Shown here piece by piece: positions 32,129-42,474 of a DNA stretch of 64,000 nucleotides (position 1 is the first letter of the stretch; each line of letters opens with the position of its first letter). The translations under genes and the position numbers were made by a program. Origin of the DNA: Gammaproteobacteria bacterium (lineage in GTDB: Bacteria > Pseudomonadota > Gammaproteobacteria > CAJXQU01); contig CBDEGZ010000003.1 of the NCBI GenBank assembly GCA_965238175.1, positions 2,048,001 to 2,112,000 of the forward strand. The letters run 5' to 3'. Under the pieces are notes generated by a model that made no database searches, was not told where the DNA came from, and was given only the letters and a program-made list of their open reading frames with translations.

Positions 32129-32429
32129 TTCAATCAATCGTCAAAATACTCAATACTTATAAATTACGGGCGATTATTTCGTTGGTGCTTATCTATATTT
32201 CGACGCTGATGAACTGGTATTGGTTGTGGGGTGTGCTGCTACTGATCTGGGCGATCAGTGATTTGATCACTGAACAAACATAGCTTTCTGAACCTATCAG
32301 TAGAGACAGCAACCCGATTTTTATTATGTCATTGTCATTACCTGGTTGGCGTTTGGTTTTTATCTGATCATATCACCCTTTAATTTACTTATTGGGGTAA
32401 ACCTGAACCATGTCGTCTTTACTCAATAA
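32125..32429 (+). pseudogene. Small membrane protein with a premature stop and a frameshift
   Basis: ...NWYWLWGVLLLIWAISDLITEQT*LSEPISRDSNPIF; TAG at 32281, shift at about 32320. Confidence 0.55.
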
Positions 32430-33561
32430 ATATCAACATGTTGCCAGTGCAACACTGGAGGAAACAAAGTCTCTTCCTTTTGCTGTCTATCACGATAAGA
32501 ATATATACAAACTCGAGATGGAGAAGCTATTTCACAATGAATGGGTTGTGATTTGCACAGAACGTGAACTGCCGGAGGTTGGTGATTATTATGCATTCGA
32601 TTTAGCTGGAGAAGCTGTTGTGATCGTACGTGGCTCGGATGACATATTGCGTGCACTTTCCAATAACTGTCGGCATCGTGGAACGCAATTACTCGATGAT
32701 GGTTTTGGGAAAATAGATAAGAAAATTGTATGTCCTTACCACGCATGGGTTTATGACGATCAAGGTGGATTTAAAGGAGCGCCATTTTCTGGGAGTATTG
32801 TTGTTGAAAAATCACAACATTGTCTGCCACAGTTTCATCTCGGCATATGTTTGGGATTAGTGTTTGTTAATTTATCCGAAAGTCCCCAGTCGCTTTCGGA
32901 GCGCATGCATAGCATTGAAGAATATGCCAGCGTATTTCAGCCAGAGCGATTTGATAATGCACTTCCTGATAATACTGAATACTGGAATGCTAACTGGAAA
33001 TTGGCCATGGAAAATGCGATGGAAAGTTATCATTTGTTTAAAGTACACAAGGGTACGTTAGAAACGATCACACCGACTAAGCAGTCATTTTACGTCGCAG
33101 GTTCAGCAGATTGGACCCTTACTAGCGGAAAGATGATCGATAACTCCAGTAAGATATCAAAGTGGTTGAGTGGAGATTACCCCGAAGTTTATAAACACTA
33201 TCTTCTGGTTTCTCTGCCACCTTCATTCGTTGGCATTATGAGTTACGATTCATTCAGTTGGTTAACGGTGATGCCATCAGATAGTGAGCATTGCACTATT
33301 AGAGCTGGAGCAATTGCACCTAAGTCGGCTGATGATAACAATCAGGAACAGGAATTCACAGCAGCATTTTTTGCTGAAGACAAATGGATTTGCGAACGCG
33401 TACAAAAAGGTATGCATTCTACCCGCGGACATGGCGGCAAGCTGGTTGAAATGGAACGAGTGGTTGCGGATTTTCACCAGTTCCTCGCTACACGGCTTTT
33501 TGACACTGAGAGCAATGAGTTTTACGAAAATCCTGAATCGACTATCTTTGATCAAAAATGA
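32410..33561 (+). CDS. Rieske non-heme iron oxygenase alpha subunit (choline/carnitine monooxygenase-like group)
   Basis: CRHRG...CPYHAW Rieske ligands; NWKLAMENAMESYH...VH iron site; ED...E.VQKG. Confidence 0.9.
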   Translation: MSSLLNKYQHVASATLEETKSLPFAVYHDKNIYKLEMEKLFHNEWVVICTERELPEVGDYYAFDLAGEAVVIVRGSDDILRALSNNCRHRGTQLLDDGFGKIDKKIVCPYHAWVYDDQGGFKGAPFSGSIVVEKSQHCLPQFHLGICLGLVFVNLSESPQSLSERMHSIEEYASVFQPERFDNALPDNTEYWNANWKLAMENAMESYHLFKVHKGTLETITPTKQSFYVAGSADWTLTSGKMIDNSSKISKWLSGDYPEVYKHYLLVSLPPSFVGIMSYDSFSWLTVMPSDSEHCTIRAGAIAPKSADDNNQEQEFTAAFFAEDKWICERVQKGMHSTRGHGGKLVEMERVVADFHQFLATRLFDTESNEFYENPESTIFDQK

Positions 33562-33594
33562 GAACTGGAAATTCAGAGATAAAGTTTAACAAAA

Positions 33595-33675
33595 GATCAA
33601 TAAACATCCTCCAAATCATGTAACTTCAGGAAGTGATTTTTTTCAATTTCAAAAGCCTGTATTTCAAACTCGTTA
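33595..33675. repeat. 81-bp direct repeat, copy 2 (3' end of a short minus-strand ORF, 33597-33824)
   Basis: Near-identical to 31332-31412. Confidence 0.95.
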
Positions 33676-33908
33676 GATTCACCGTAATCTTTCGCTCGAC
33701 GGTAGAAATCATTCATGTCTCGGTATCGAAAAAGACGTTTTATGATCTCGTCTTGAGTGGTTGTTGACTTTGTATATTCAGCACTATTTTCCATAAAGAC
33801 AATACTAGATAAGAAATATGACAAGTGTTTTACATAAAAGTGATCGTTTTTTTAAGTACCACTATAAAATTTAGAACTACTGATCTTGAGTAACTAATAA
33901 TAGATCAT

Positions 33909-36900
33909 CTAATCATTCACTTTAATCTGGGGTTTTGTTGCAAACCATTTATAGAGAGCTGGGATGACTAATAAGGTCAAAATGGTGGAGGTAATCAACC
34001 CACCGACAACAACGGTTGCTAAAGGTCGTTGGACTTCGCTACCTGTTCCTGTGGATAATAATAATGGGATCATCGCTAATGCGGTGGTTATTGCTGTCAT
34101 GAGCACGGGTCTTAGTCTCAGGCACGCGCCATGAATTGACGCCGTATCAATATCAAGTCCCTTTTCTATGAGCTCATTGAAGTATGTGACTAAGACGATT
34201 CCGTTCATTAACGCGATACCGAAGAGCGAGATGAATCCTACGGATGCTGGCACAGAAAGGTTGAGTTTGCTTAACCACAAGGCCACTACGCCACCGACTA
34301 ATGCCAGCGGAATATTTAAAATAATCAGTGTCGCATTTTTAAGTGATCCAAAGCTGCTATATAACATGATGAAGATAAGTAACAAGGTGATTGGGATAAC
34401 GACTTTTAATCGTTTGTTCGCTTCTTGTTGTAGACGAAATTGACCTCCCCAAGTTACAAAGTAACCGGAAGGTAGATCAACTTTAGTTTCAATTTGTTGT
34501 TGTGCGTCTTCAACAAAAGTAACGATGTCTCGTCCAACAACATTGCTTTGTACGGTAATGAAGCGTTGATTATTTTGACGTGTGATCTGTCTTTGGCCGA
34601 CCAGTTCTTCAACAACGGCAACTTGTTCAAGAGGAACTTTTATACCGCTCGGAGTTTCGACCAATAATTGTTTTATATCTTTTTTTGTCGCTCTGGCATT
34701 AGTGGTATACCTTACAAAGATATCGAAGCGTCGTATACCTTCAAAAATTTGTCCTGCAGATACGCCTCCAACTGCTGCACTGATAACTTGTTGCACATCG
34801 TCAATATTCAGGCCATACCGAGCGATTGCTTTACGATCAGGTTTAATTCTAAGTTGTGGAACACCAGTAACCTGATCAACTTGAACATCAGCAGCACCTT
34901 CGACATCGTTTATTACCGCAGCTATTTGATTTGCTTTTTGTTTTAGAACATCTAAATTATCACCAAAAATTTTTATAGCGAGTTCTGCTTTCACTCCTTC
35001 TAGAAGTTCATCGACTGCCATGGCAATGGGTTGTGTTATATTTGCTTGAATACCTGGAATATTATTGATTTTTTCACGGATCTGCTCTTCAATAAACAAT
35101 TGATCTTTAGGTTTTCTCCATTCTGTATTGGCTTTGAGAATAACGTACATTTCTGCAGAGTTGATTGGATCCGCGTGTGCGCCGACTTCACCGCGACCGA
35201 TACGTGATATTGCTTTTGTGACCTCAGGAATTTCAAGTAATCGTTTTTCAACCAGCATTGTATTTCTTTTGCTTTCTTTTAATGAAATGGATGGTGCCAT
35301 GGTTAAGCGAACAACAATCGTGCCTTCGTTTAATTTTGGTGTGAATTCTGCACCGAGACGTGGGAAAATCAAAATACCCGTGATGATTAAAGCCAGTGCA
35401 AGCATTAAGGCGATTATTCTGTAACGTACAAATAAACTTACCAGTGGTTTATATAATTTAAGGATCAGTTTAACTATAAGAACTTGATGTTCAATATCAT
35501 TTTCAGCTTCTTTTTGTTTGGGTTTACGCATCACAAATGATGCGAGCACCGGCGCAATAAAAATTGCAAATAAAAGTGAGCCACTCATGGCAAGTGCGAT
35601 GGTATAGGCCAAGGGACGAAACGTTTTTCCTTCAACACCTTGCAAAGTAAATAACGGAAGAAAAACAATTACGATAATAATAATCGCAAAGATGATTGGT
35701 CGGCCAACTTCACGACATGCACGGCTAACTATATTAAACACAGGTTCGTTGGTATTTTTTTCGCGTAATAGTCGATCTACACTTTCAATCATTACAACAC
35801 CGCCATCGACCATCATACCAATTGCAATGGCTAAACCACCAAAGGACATTAGATTGGCTGAGATATCGAATAGGTGCATCCAGATAAAGGCGAAGAAGAC
35901 TGAAAATGGGATTGATACTGCTACGACAAAACTAGGACGAAACGCACCAAGGAAAACAAGCAAAATAATGATCACCAAAACAACACCTTGAGTCAGGGCA
36001 TTAGTGACTGTTTTAACGCAAGCTTCTACTAAACTCTTCTGTTCATAATATGGAACGATCTTAATACCTTCTGGCAGGATATTATTTATATCACTTATTC
36101 TTTTTTCAACATCAGCAATCACTGTTGAAGAATTTGAACCCAATAGTTTAATTACCATGCCAGAAACGACTTCTTCAATACCGTTATGTGTTTGCAGGCC
36201 GCGACGGATTGCACCGCCTGTTTTAATCTCAGAGACATCAGACAGAAAAACCGCACTGCCATCGACCGTTTTGATTACGATATTATTTAGGTCATCAATG
36301 CCTTTTGCGAGGCCTACGGAACGTACAATAAATTCTTCAGAATTTTTTTCTATAAATTGTGCACCTACATTTAGATTGTTGGCTTTAATTCGTTCAATCA
36401 CATCTTGTAAAGTGATCGCATAACGTAATAGTGCATTCGGTTTTATTTCGACATGAAATTGTTTTTCGAAGCCCCCAATACCTAAAATCTCTGTAACACC
36501 GGGCACTGTTTGCAGATTAAATTTTACCAACCAATCTTGAACAGTTCGCAGTTCTTCAAGGGAATAATTACCTGTCGTATCTTCTAGATAATAAAACAGG
36601 ACTAATCCCATACCTGTTGAGATGGGACCCATAACTGGCTCACCAAAGCCGTCGGGAATTTGTTCTCTCGCTTCCTGTAACCTCTCGTTAACGAGTTGTC
36701 GAGCAAAATAAATATCTACTCCGTCTTCAAAATAGACGTTGACGACCGACAATCCAAAATTGGATACGGAACGTACATTGTTGATACCGGGTAAACCGGC
36801 CATTGCAACTTCCACCGGATAGGTAACATACATTTCGATCTCTTCCGGAGCAAGTCCTTCCGTCTCAGTAAATACTTGCACCAGATTAGGTGAAACATCC

Positions 36901-37019
36901 GGAAAAGCATCTATCGGCAATTGTGTGTATGCGCGATAACCTGCAAGCATGATCAGAATTGCAGCTAAAAGCATTAACAGTCGATTGTGTAAGCTAAAAT
37001 CAATTAATTTATTAATCAC
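33909..37019 (-). CDS. czcA: CusA/CzcA heavy-metal RND permease
   Basis: LPIDAFPDV, ANLMSFGGLAIAIGMMVDG, RLRPVLMTA, GSEVQRPLATVV. Confidence 0.93.
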   Translation of the reverse strand: MINKLIDFSLHNRLLMLLAAILIMLAGYRAYTQLPIDAFPDVSPNLVQVFTETEGLAPEEIEMYVTYPVEVAMAGLPGINNVRSVSNFGLSVVNVYFEDGVDIYFARQLVNERLQEAREQIPDGFGEPVMGPISTGMGLVLFYYLEDTTGNYSLEELRTVQDWLVKFNLQTVPGVTEILGIGGFEKQFHVEIKPNALLRYAITLQDVIERIKANNLNVGAQFIEKNSEEFIVRSVGLAKGIDDLNNIVIKTVDGSAVFLSDVSEIKTGGAIRRGLQTHNGIEEVVSGMVIKLLGSNSSTVIADVEKRISDINNILPEGIKIVPYYEQKSLVEACVKTVTNALTQGVVLVIIILLVFLGAFRPSFVVAVSIPFSVFFAFIWMHLFDISANLMSFGGLAIAIGMMVDGGVVMIESVDRLLREKNTNEPVFNIVSRACREVGRPIIFAIIIIVIVFLPLFTLQGVEGKTFRPLAYTIALAMSGSLLFAIFIAPVLASFVMRKPKQKEAENDIEHQVLIVKLILKLYKPLVSLFVRYRIIALMLALALIITGILIFPRLGAEFTPKLNEGTIVVRLTMAPSISLKESKRNTMLVEKRLLEIPEVTKAISRIGRGEVGAHADPINSAEMYVILKANTEWRKPKDQLFIEEQIREKINNIPGIQANITQPIAMAVDELLEGVKAELAIKIFGDNLDVLKQKANQIAAVINDVEGAADVQVDQVTGVPQLRIKPDRKAIARYGLNIDDVQQVISAAVGGVSAGQIFEGIRRFDIFVRYTTNARATKKDIKQLLVETPSGIKVPLEQVAVVEELVGQRQITRQNNQRFITVQSNVVGRDIVTFVEDAQQQIETKVDLPSGYFVTWGGQFRLQQEANKRLKVVIPITLLLIFIMLYSSFGSLKNATLIILNIPLALVGGVVALWLSKLNLSVPASVGFISLFGIALMNGIVLVTYFNELIEKGLDIDTASIHGACLRLRPVLMTAITTALAMIPLLLSTGTGSEVQRPLATVVVGGLITSTILTLLVIPALYKWFATKPQIKVND

Positions 37020-37049
37020 TATTTAAGATCTCTATTATTAGTTTTTTGT

Positions 37050-38222
37050 TTAATGTGCATGGCCATCACCAAAAGAGGCTTTTTGCATTTGTGCTTTTAG
37101 AACGAAAGCATTTTTTGAAACATAAAGATCACCGGGAGTTAAACCCTCTAAAATTTGAATATTAGTTTGGTCACTCTTGCCTAATATTACGTGAGTTGCT
37201 TCAAAACCTTCTTCATTTTTAATAAAAACAACAGGCTTATCATCTACTGTTTCTATTGCAGATTTAGGAATGACAATATCGCTGTTAAGGTTTGATAGTG
37301 TGAGGAGAGTTGTGACAAATAAACCAGGTCGCCAGTTACCATCTTTGTTATCAATAACAACGCGGGCACTTGCACCACGAGTTTCTTCAGAAACTTGCGG
37401 ACTGATATAAACAATTTCACCTTCAACCTTGGAGGTACTGAAGTCGGACACAACTTGTACCTGTTGACCTATTTTTATTTTAGTGAGATCCTTTTGGAAA
37501 ATGTTCAGGATCAACCAGACATGTTCAAGATTGGCAATTACAAAAGGACGACTTTCTTCATTTAGTAACTCTCCTTGAACCACGTGTTTTTCTATAATGA
37601 CTCCGTCAGCGGGTGAGCGAATTTCATACAGTGTTAGATCACAATCATCCTTACAGTCATTAACATCTTCGTCAATGCCTATAGCTTTTAATTTTTGTGT
37701 GTTCAGGTTGTATTCAATGTAGGTATTGTCACGGGATTGCTGTGCCTCCAAAAATTCTCTTTCGGAAGTTAACCCTTCTTTTTGTAGTTTTTTTTCGCGG
37801 TTGAAAGTTTTCCTGGCTAATTCATAGCGACTTTTTGCAGCTTCCGTTTCGGCTTTTATTTCCGCTAATTCCCTACTCGAAATAGTTGCTAATAATTCTC
37901 CAGAAACAACACGATCTCCTAAGGTTTTGTAGACTTTTTTTGTGATTCCAGAAACACGAGGAACAATATGGATCAGACGATCAGGATCCAATGAGATTTC
38001 TCCTGACAAAGGAATTGTTTCTTTTATGTTGCCACTAGCCGCTGTATTAATTCTAAGATCAAATTCTTTAATTTCATTCTCAGAAAGTTCTATATGATCT
38101 TCTTCCTCTTCATGATTACCATCACTTGCTACGGCATTCAGGCAAATGACAAAACTGAACAGGCAAGCTAAAAAATAGACTTGTAGTTTATTTTTTGTAC
38201 AAACAATAAATAAAAGTTTCAT
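37050..38222 (-). CDS. czcB: CzcB-type periplasmic adaptor
   Basis: IRSPADGVI, WRPGLFV, C-terminal GHAH. Confidence 0.9.
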   Translation of the reverse strand: MKLLFIVCTKNKLQVYFLACLFSFVICLNAVASDGNHEEEEDHIELSENEIKEFDLRINTAASGNIKETIPLSGEISLDPDRLIHIVPRVSGITKKVYKTLGDRVVSGELLATISSRELAEIKAETEAAKSRYELARKTFNREKKLQKEGLTSEREFLEAQQSRDNTYIEYNLNTQKLKAIGIDEDVNDCKDDCDLTLYEIRSPADGVIIEKHVVQGELLNEESRPFVIANLEHVWLILNIFQKDLTKIKIGQQVQVVSDFSTSKVEGEIVYISPQVSEETRGASARVVIDNKDGNWRPGLFVTTLLTLSNLNSDIVIPKSAIETVDDKPVVFIKNEEGFEATHVILGKSDQTNIQILEGLTPGDLYVSKNAFVLKAQMQKASFGDGHAH

Positions 38223-39556
38223 TGGACTTCCTCTTTATTAATTTGATCATTTCCTTCACTCAGTGATGATCCAGTTAAACGTTCAATTGAGATCACAACT
38301 TGGTGATATTCTTTGATCGAAGCAATAAGCTGCTGTCGTGTTTCAAAATAGGTGCGCTGAGCATCTAACAAGCTCAATAGATCAAGTTTGCCTAGACGAT
38401 ATATTTTTGTTGCTGCATCAAACGCTTGTTTTGCACTTGGCAAAATTTCATCATTTAGTGTTGTGACTTCGTGATCAAAAATCTTTAATCTTTGATATGT
38501 AATAAGTAATGAAGAACGTAATTTTGTCTCGGTTACTTGTTGTTGTTTTGACGAGCGATTTAGATCGAGTTCAGATAGTTGAACTCCCGTTTGTCTTTTA
38601 TCAAATATATACAAAGGAATTGAGATACCAGCGATTGCAGCGATATCGTCTGTTTCGTTTAAACGACGAATACCGGCACTTACTATGATATCTGGGATCG
38701 TGTCTGCTTGCGCCAGATTAATGGCATTTTCGTGACGACTTAACTCAGTAGCCCAGCGTGCCATTTCAGGATTATTGTTAATTCTGTCTGCGATAGTTGC
38801 TAATTGTGGTAATGGAGATATGCTATAAAAATCCCCTTGTACTTTATTGAAGGTAACATCAGTACCACCCCAACCAGTCACCAAAATTTGTTTTGAAATG
38901 GCTAACTGTCGTTCAGCATTGATCTGATTTAATTTTGATTTTGAAAGCTCAACTCTAGCTTTGATCTCTTCCAATGGTGAAACCTTGCCGGCTTTAACGC
39001 GCTTCTTTACAGTTTGATATATTTCTTCAGCAAGTTTTTTAATTTCCTTTGTGACAGCCAGCTTTTCTTGATCTGCAAGTACATCCGCATAAGCTATTGC
39101 TATTTGAGATAAGAGATCGATACGTTTAACTTCGTAATCCCATCGTGCAAGATCACGATCTGTAGATGCAAGTTGAAGACGTTTCATTCGTTTATCACCT
39201 AATTCAACTAGCTGGCTTAAACTGATGGTAGTTTCTGCTGAGCTTAAACCACTAAGCTCCCCAGAGCCGGCAAAGTTTTCCAGCTCTATTCCTGCTTCAG
39301 GATTCGGAGATAACCCGGCTTTAATCTGATCAATCTCTCTGGCTCTGATTGTCCAGGCATAGGTCGCTAATTCAGGATTGTTTTTAAGTGTCAGGACAAC
39401 TGCTTGTCTGAGTGAAAGGTCGCCTGTTGGTTGGATCAACGGTTGATCAAATTCTTCAGGTGCAATTTCTGGTGGCAATAATAATTCATTATTAACGGCT
39501 GTAACTGCTGTATGCATGAGACATGCAACAGCAAATATTAGTGTTTTTTTAAACAT
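38219..39556 (-). CDS. czcC: CzcC/TolC outer membrane factor
   Basis: NNPEL, PNPE, SQLVELGDKR, LLDAQRT. Confidence 0.9.
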   Translation of the reverse strand: MFKKTLIFAVACLMHTAVTAVNNELLLPPEIAPEEFDQPLIQPTGDLSLRQAVVLTLKNNPELATYAWTIRAREIDQIKAGLSPNPEAGIELENFAGSGELSGLSSAETTISLSQLVELGDKRMKRLQLASTDRDLARWDYEVKRIDLLSQIAIAYADVLADQEKLAVTKEIKKLAEEIYQTVKKRVKAGKVSPLEEIKARVELSKSKLNQINAERQLAISKQILVTGWGGTDVTFNKVQGDFYSISPLPQLATIADRINNNPEMARWATELSRHENAINLAQADTIPDIIVSAGIRRLNETDDIAAIAGISIPLYIFDKRQTGVQLSELDLNRSSKQQQVTETKLRSSLLITYQRLKIFDHEVTTLNDEILPSAKQAFDAATKIYRLGKLDLLSLLDAQRTYFETRQQLIASIKEYHQVVISIERLTGSSLSEGNDQINKEEVQ

Positions 39557-39650
39557 ATTTTTTTCTCTATCAACCAAATATATTCTTTCTTGTAAGCCTA
39601 AGTACAGAAAGGTTCGTCATAGTTTGAAAGCTACCTGTGGCAGCGAGAGA

Positions 39651-39965
39651 TTACGTGATAGGAGGGTGGTAAGGTGGTGGGTATTTATAGGAACTGTATA
39701 TTTTCATCCGAAAACTAAAAGTTCCTTTGATCTGTTTGCTCGTAATTGAAGGATTTTTTTGTAGTAGACCAACAGAATGTGAGGATAAATGACAGCAGTG
39801 ATCGCAAGCATTTGAGTCACTTTCATATTCAGTATCTATAGCATCTTTTTCAAATGAGTGATTATTTTGAGTTTCAGCTATTTCGTGCGCATAGGCGTGG
39901 ATAGGCAGGACAATTCCTGAGATGACCATTATTGCCAGTAATATTTTTGCCAATCGAATTCGCAT
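39651..39965 (-). CDS. CzcI-like small periplasmic metal-binding protein
   Basis: Signal peptide, HAYAH, CDHCCH, C-terminal PPPYHPP; sits upstream of czcC. Confidence 0.7.
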   Translation of the reverse strand: MRIRLAKILLAIMVISGIVLPIHAYAHEIAETQNNHSFEKDAIDTEYESDSNACDHCCHLSSHSVGLLQKNPSITSKQIKGTFSFRMKIYSSYKYPPPYHPPIT

Positions 39966-40055
39966 TCCCAGAATATGAACTAGTTACTTATAATTTTCAA
40001 ATCCACTAAGCATATTGGCCTTAAGTTTCCAACTAATAGATCAGGATAGTCTATA

Positions 40056-40126
40056 TTGTAATGGTCAAGAACTGCAGAAATAAAAAAAGTGGCTTAAATT
40101 CCTTCAAGATTACTTGACCATTACAA
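40056..40126. repeat. 71-bp segment with perfect 14-bp terminal inverted repeats (MITE/IS remnant?)
   Basis: TTGTAATGGTCAAG at 40056-40069 and CTTGACCATTACAA at 40113-40126. Confidence 0.55.
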
Positions 40127-40516
40127 GCTGAAGAATGCGGGTAGGGGGAATGATACTTTCCGACAAGAGATGTTATTTGGTTAGAGTTTGTTCAAGTATG
40201 ATTTTGCCCTGCTAAATAGAATATTGATTCTTGTATTTCATCAAAATGAAATAATTATTATCTACATTGTTACCCTGGTTACTTTATTCGGAAAATTAGC
40301 ATGGGGATCAAATGTGCTATCGTTTAATCAGAGGAAAACCGACAAACACGAGTTGATAGTCGATGTCCAGTGAATAAAGTAGGTGCTTGAAACGAAAGTG
40401 ATGGCGGGGAACGATGTCCTGACAGCAACTCAATAATTGTCCAAACAAGGCTTCATACCGTGAATCTAAGGTTTATCTTCGTTGATACGGTATGCATTTT
40501 GCTTTAAGCCTTTTCT

Positions 40517-42352
40517 ATGAAAAACTTCCTAATAGTTCCCTTTTTGTTGTTTCTTTTTTCTTGGGCCGGGCTTGTTTTGTCAGAAACGGAGAATGTCATA
40601 GCTGAGGAGCAGGATCTGTTCAGCTATGATGAAGAGGAATCATCAATCAGGGAAGATCCTAAAGATGTGAGTGAAACAGTTTTGGATGAAGCGGCGACTG
40701 CTCATCTTGAATTGTTCGCTGAAGATCGTTACCCATCAGCAAATACCTGTAAGGTCTGTCATCAGGATCACTATCGCGAATGGTCTGTGTCCCAGCATGC
40801 CTATGCCCAACTTAGCCCGGTTTATATGGCGATGCAAAATACCATCAATGCCAAGACCAGTGGTACTAATGGTGATTTTTGTATTCGCTGTCATACCCAG
40901 GTGGGTATGAATCTTGGGGAATCGACTTATATCTCTAATCTTGAACGTCATCCGACTTCACGTGAGGGTATCACCTGTGTTGTCTGTCATCGGATTAAAA
41001 ATGAATACGGCAAGGTATCAGGCCGAATTGCACTGGTGGAAGGTGATTTATTGACACCGGTTCACGGCCCGATGGGTAACAAGGAGCTAAAACGCGTACT
41101 AGATAATAAGAACGAATATCGGGTGGTTACCAAGGCCGATGAGAAAGGCCGTAAAATTCATACTGATGTTGGCCATTTTCCACAGCTTTCAACCTCCGGA
41201 TTTTGTGCTACCTGCCATGATGTGAATTTATTTAATGGTTTTCGATTGGAAGAGGCATTCTCTGAGTATAAAAATTCACCGGCGGCCAAACGAGGTGTCA
41301 GTTGTCAGGATTGTCATATGGGCACTGAGCAAGGAGCAGAATCTGAATATGCACATGGCCCGGCAGCACGGGTTGGTGGTGTTCCAACCAAGTCACGTAA
41401 GTTGACAAATCATTACTTTGCTGGCCCTGATGCTTCGATCATTCATCCTGGAATATTTCCTCATAATTCTGACGCCGTTGCCATGGCGACGATGGAGGAG
41501 TGGTTACAGTTTGATTATGAATCTGGTTGGGGAACAGACGAGTTTGAAGAACAGATCACCGATGATCAAACTTTTCCTGAACGATGGAAATCAATAGATG
41601 ATCGTTACGATGCACGGGCAATCATCAATAAACAGTTTGAATTACTCGACTGGGCAGATCAGCAACGTATACAGGTGATGCAAAACGGTTATAAGCTGGA
41701 TGAGATTGAAATCCAGCAGGCGAATAAAAAAGGCTTGGCATTTCGCATTAAGGTCAGTAATGGCACTGATGGCCATAATGTACCGACAGGTTTTGATGCA
41801 GAGCGTCTGGTCTGGCTTGAAATTACGGTGACAGATCCTGAAGGTAATACAGTTTTTCGTTCGGGAGATCTTGATCCTAATGGAGATCTGCGTGATAGCC
41901 ATTCGCTTTATGTACATAATGATCAGTTGCCGCTGGATAAACAATTATTTACGCTGCAATCGCGTTTTGTAACACGCAATATCCGTGGTGGTGAAAGAGA
42001 GCAGGTATTGACGATTAATTCCTCCCCGGATCCATTACCTTTTATTCGACCCTTTACTCGTTCGATTATGTTAACTGGACAACCTGCCGGAGTGCGAAAA
42101 CACCGACAAACGATCCCGCCACTCAGTGGCCGGTGGGCTAATTATAAAATTCCTGCCAAGGCTATTACTAGCAGCGGTGAATATCATCTTCAGGTTCGTT
42201 TAAAAGCCGCTGCCGTACCAGTCAATCTGATCGATGCGATTAAACAAGTAGGCTTTGATTATGGCATGTCAGCCCGACAGGTTGCGGCAGGTATCGTTGA
42301 TCAACATATGATGATCTGGGAAAAAGAAATGACATTTAAGATGGAACAATAA
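40517..42352 (+). CDS. Secreted pentaheme cytochrome c (c554/c552-like) with a large C-terminal domain
   Basis: Signal peptide; CKVCH, CIRCH, CVVCH, CATCH, CQDCH; GHNVPTG. Confidence 0.9.
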   Translation: MKNFLIVPFLLFLFSWAGLVLSETENVIAEEQDLFSYDEEESSIREDPKDVSETVLDEAATAHLELFAEDRYPSANTCKVCHQDHYREWSVSQHAYAQLSPVYMAMQNTINAKTSGTNGDFCIRCHTQVGMNLGESTYISNLERHPTSREGITCVVCHRIKNEYGKVSGRIALVEGDLLTPVHGPMGNKELKRVLDNKNEYRVVTKADEKGRKIHTDVGHFPQLSTSGFCATCHDVNLFNGFRLEEAFSEYKNSPAAKRGVSCQDCHMGTEQGAESEYAHGPAARVGGVPTKSRKLTNHYFAGPDASIIHPGIFPHNSDAVAMATMEEWLQFDYESGWGTDEFEEQITDDQTFPERWKSIDDRYDARAIINKQFELLDWADQQRIQVMQNGYKLDEIEIQQANKKGLAFRIKVSNGTDGHNVPTGFDAERLVWLEITVTDPEGNTVFRSGDLDPNGDLRDSHSLYVHNDQLPLDKQLFTLQSRFVTRNIRGGEREQVLTINSSPDPLPFIRPFTRSIMLTGQPAGVRKHRQTIPPLSGRWANYKIPAKAITSSGEYHLQVRLKAAAVPVNLIDAIKQVGFDYGMSARQVAAGIVDQHMMIWEKEMTFKMEQ

Positions 42353-42474
42353 TTGAATATGCACTCCATTAATATGTTGTTAATAGAAGAAATAGTAATG
42401 TAAGACAAATAGTTAAAATGACGTTATTTGTTATGACTTTTATATATCAATCATGTCACTTTTAAAGACAGGCA

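Noticed and set aside
32281-32283. In-frame TAG as recoding (pyrrolysine or readthrough)
   Set aside because: The same gene also has a frameshift and no recoding machinery is visible; decay is the simpler explanation
39790-39810. CDHCCH as a heme-binding site
   Set aside because: Not CxxCH spacing; it fits a CzcI-like metal-binding motif
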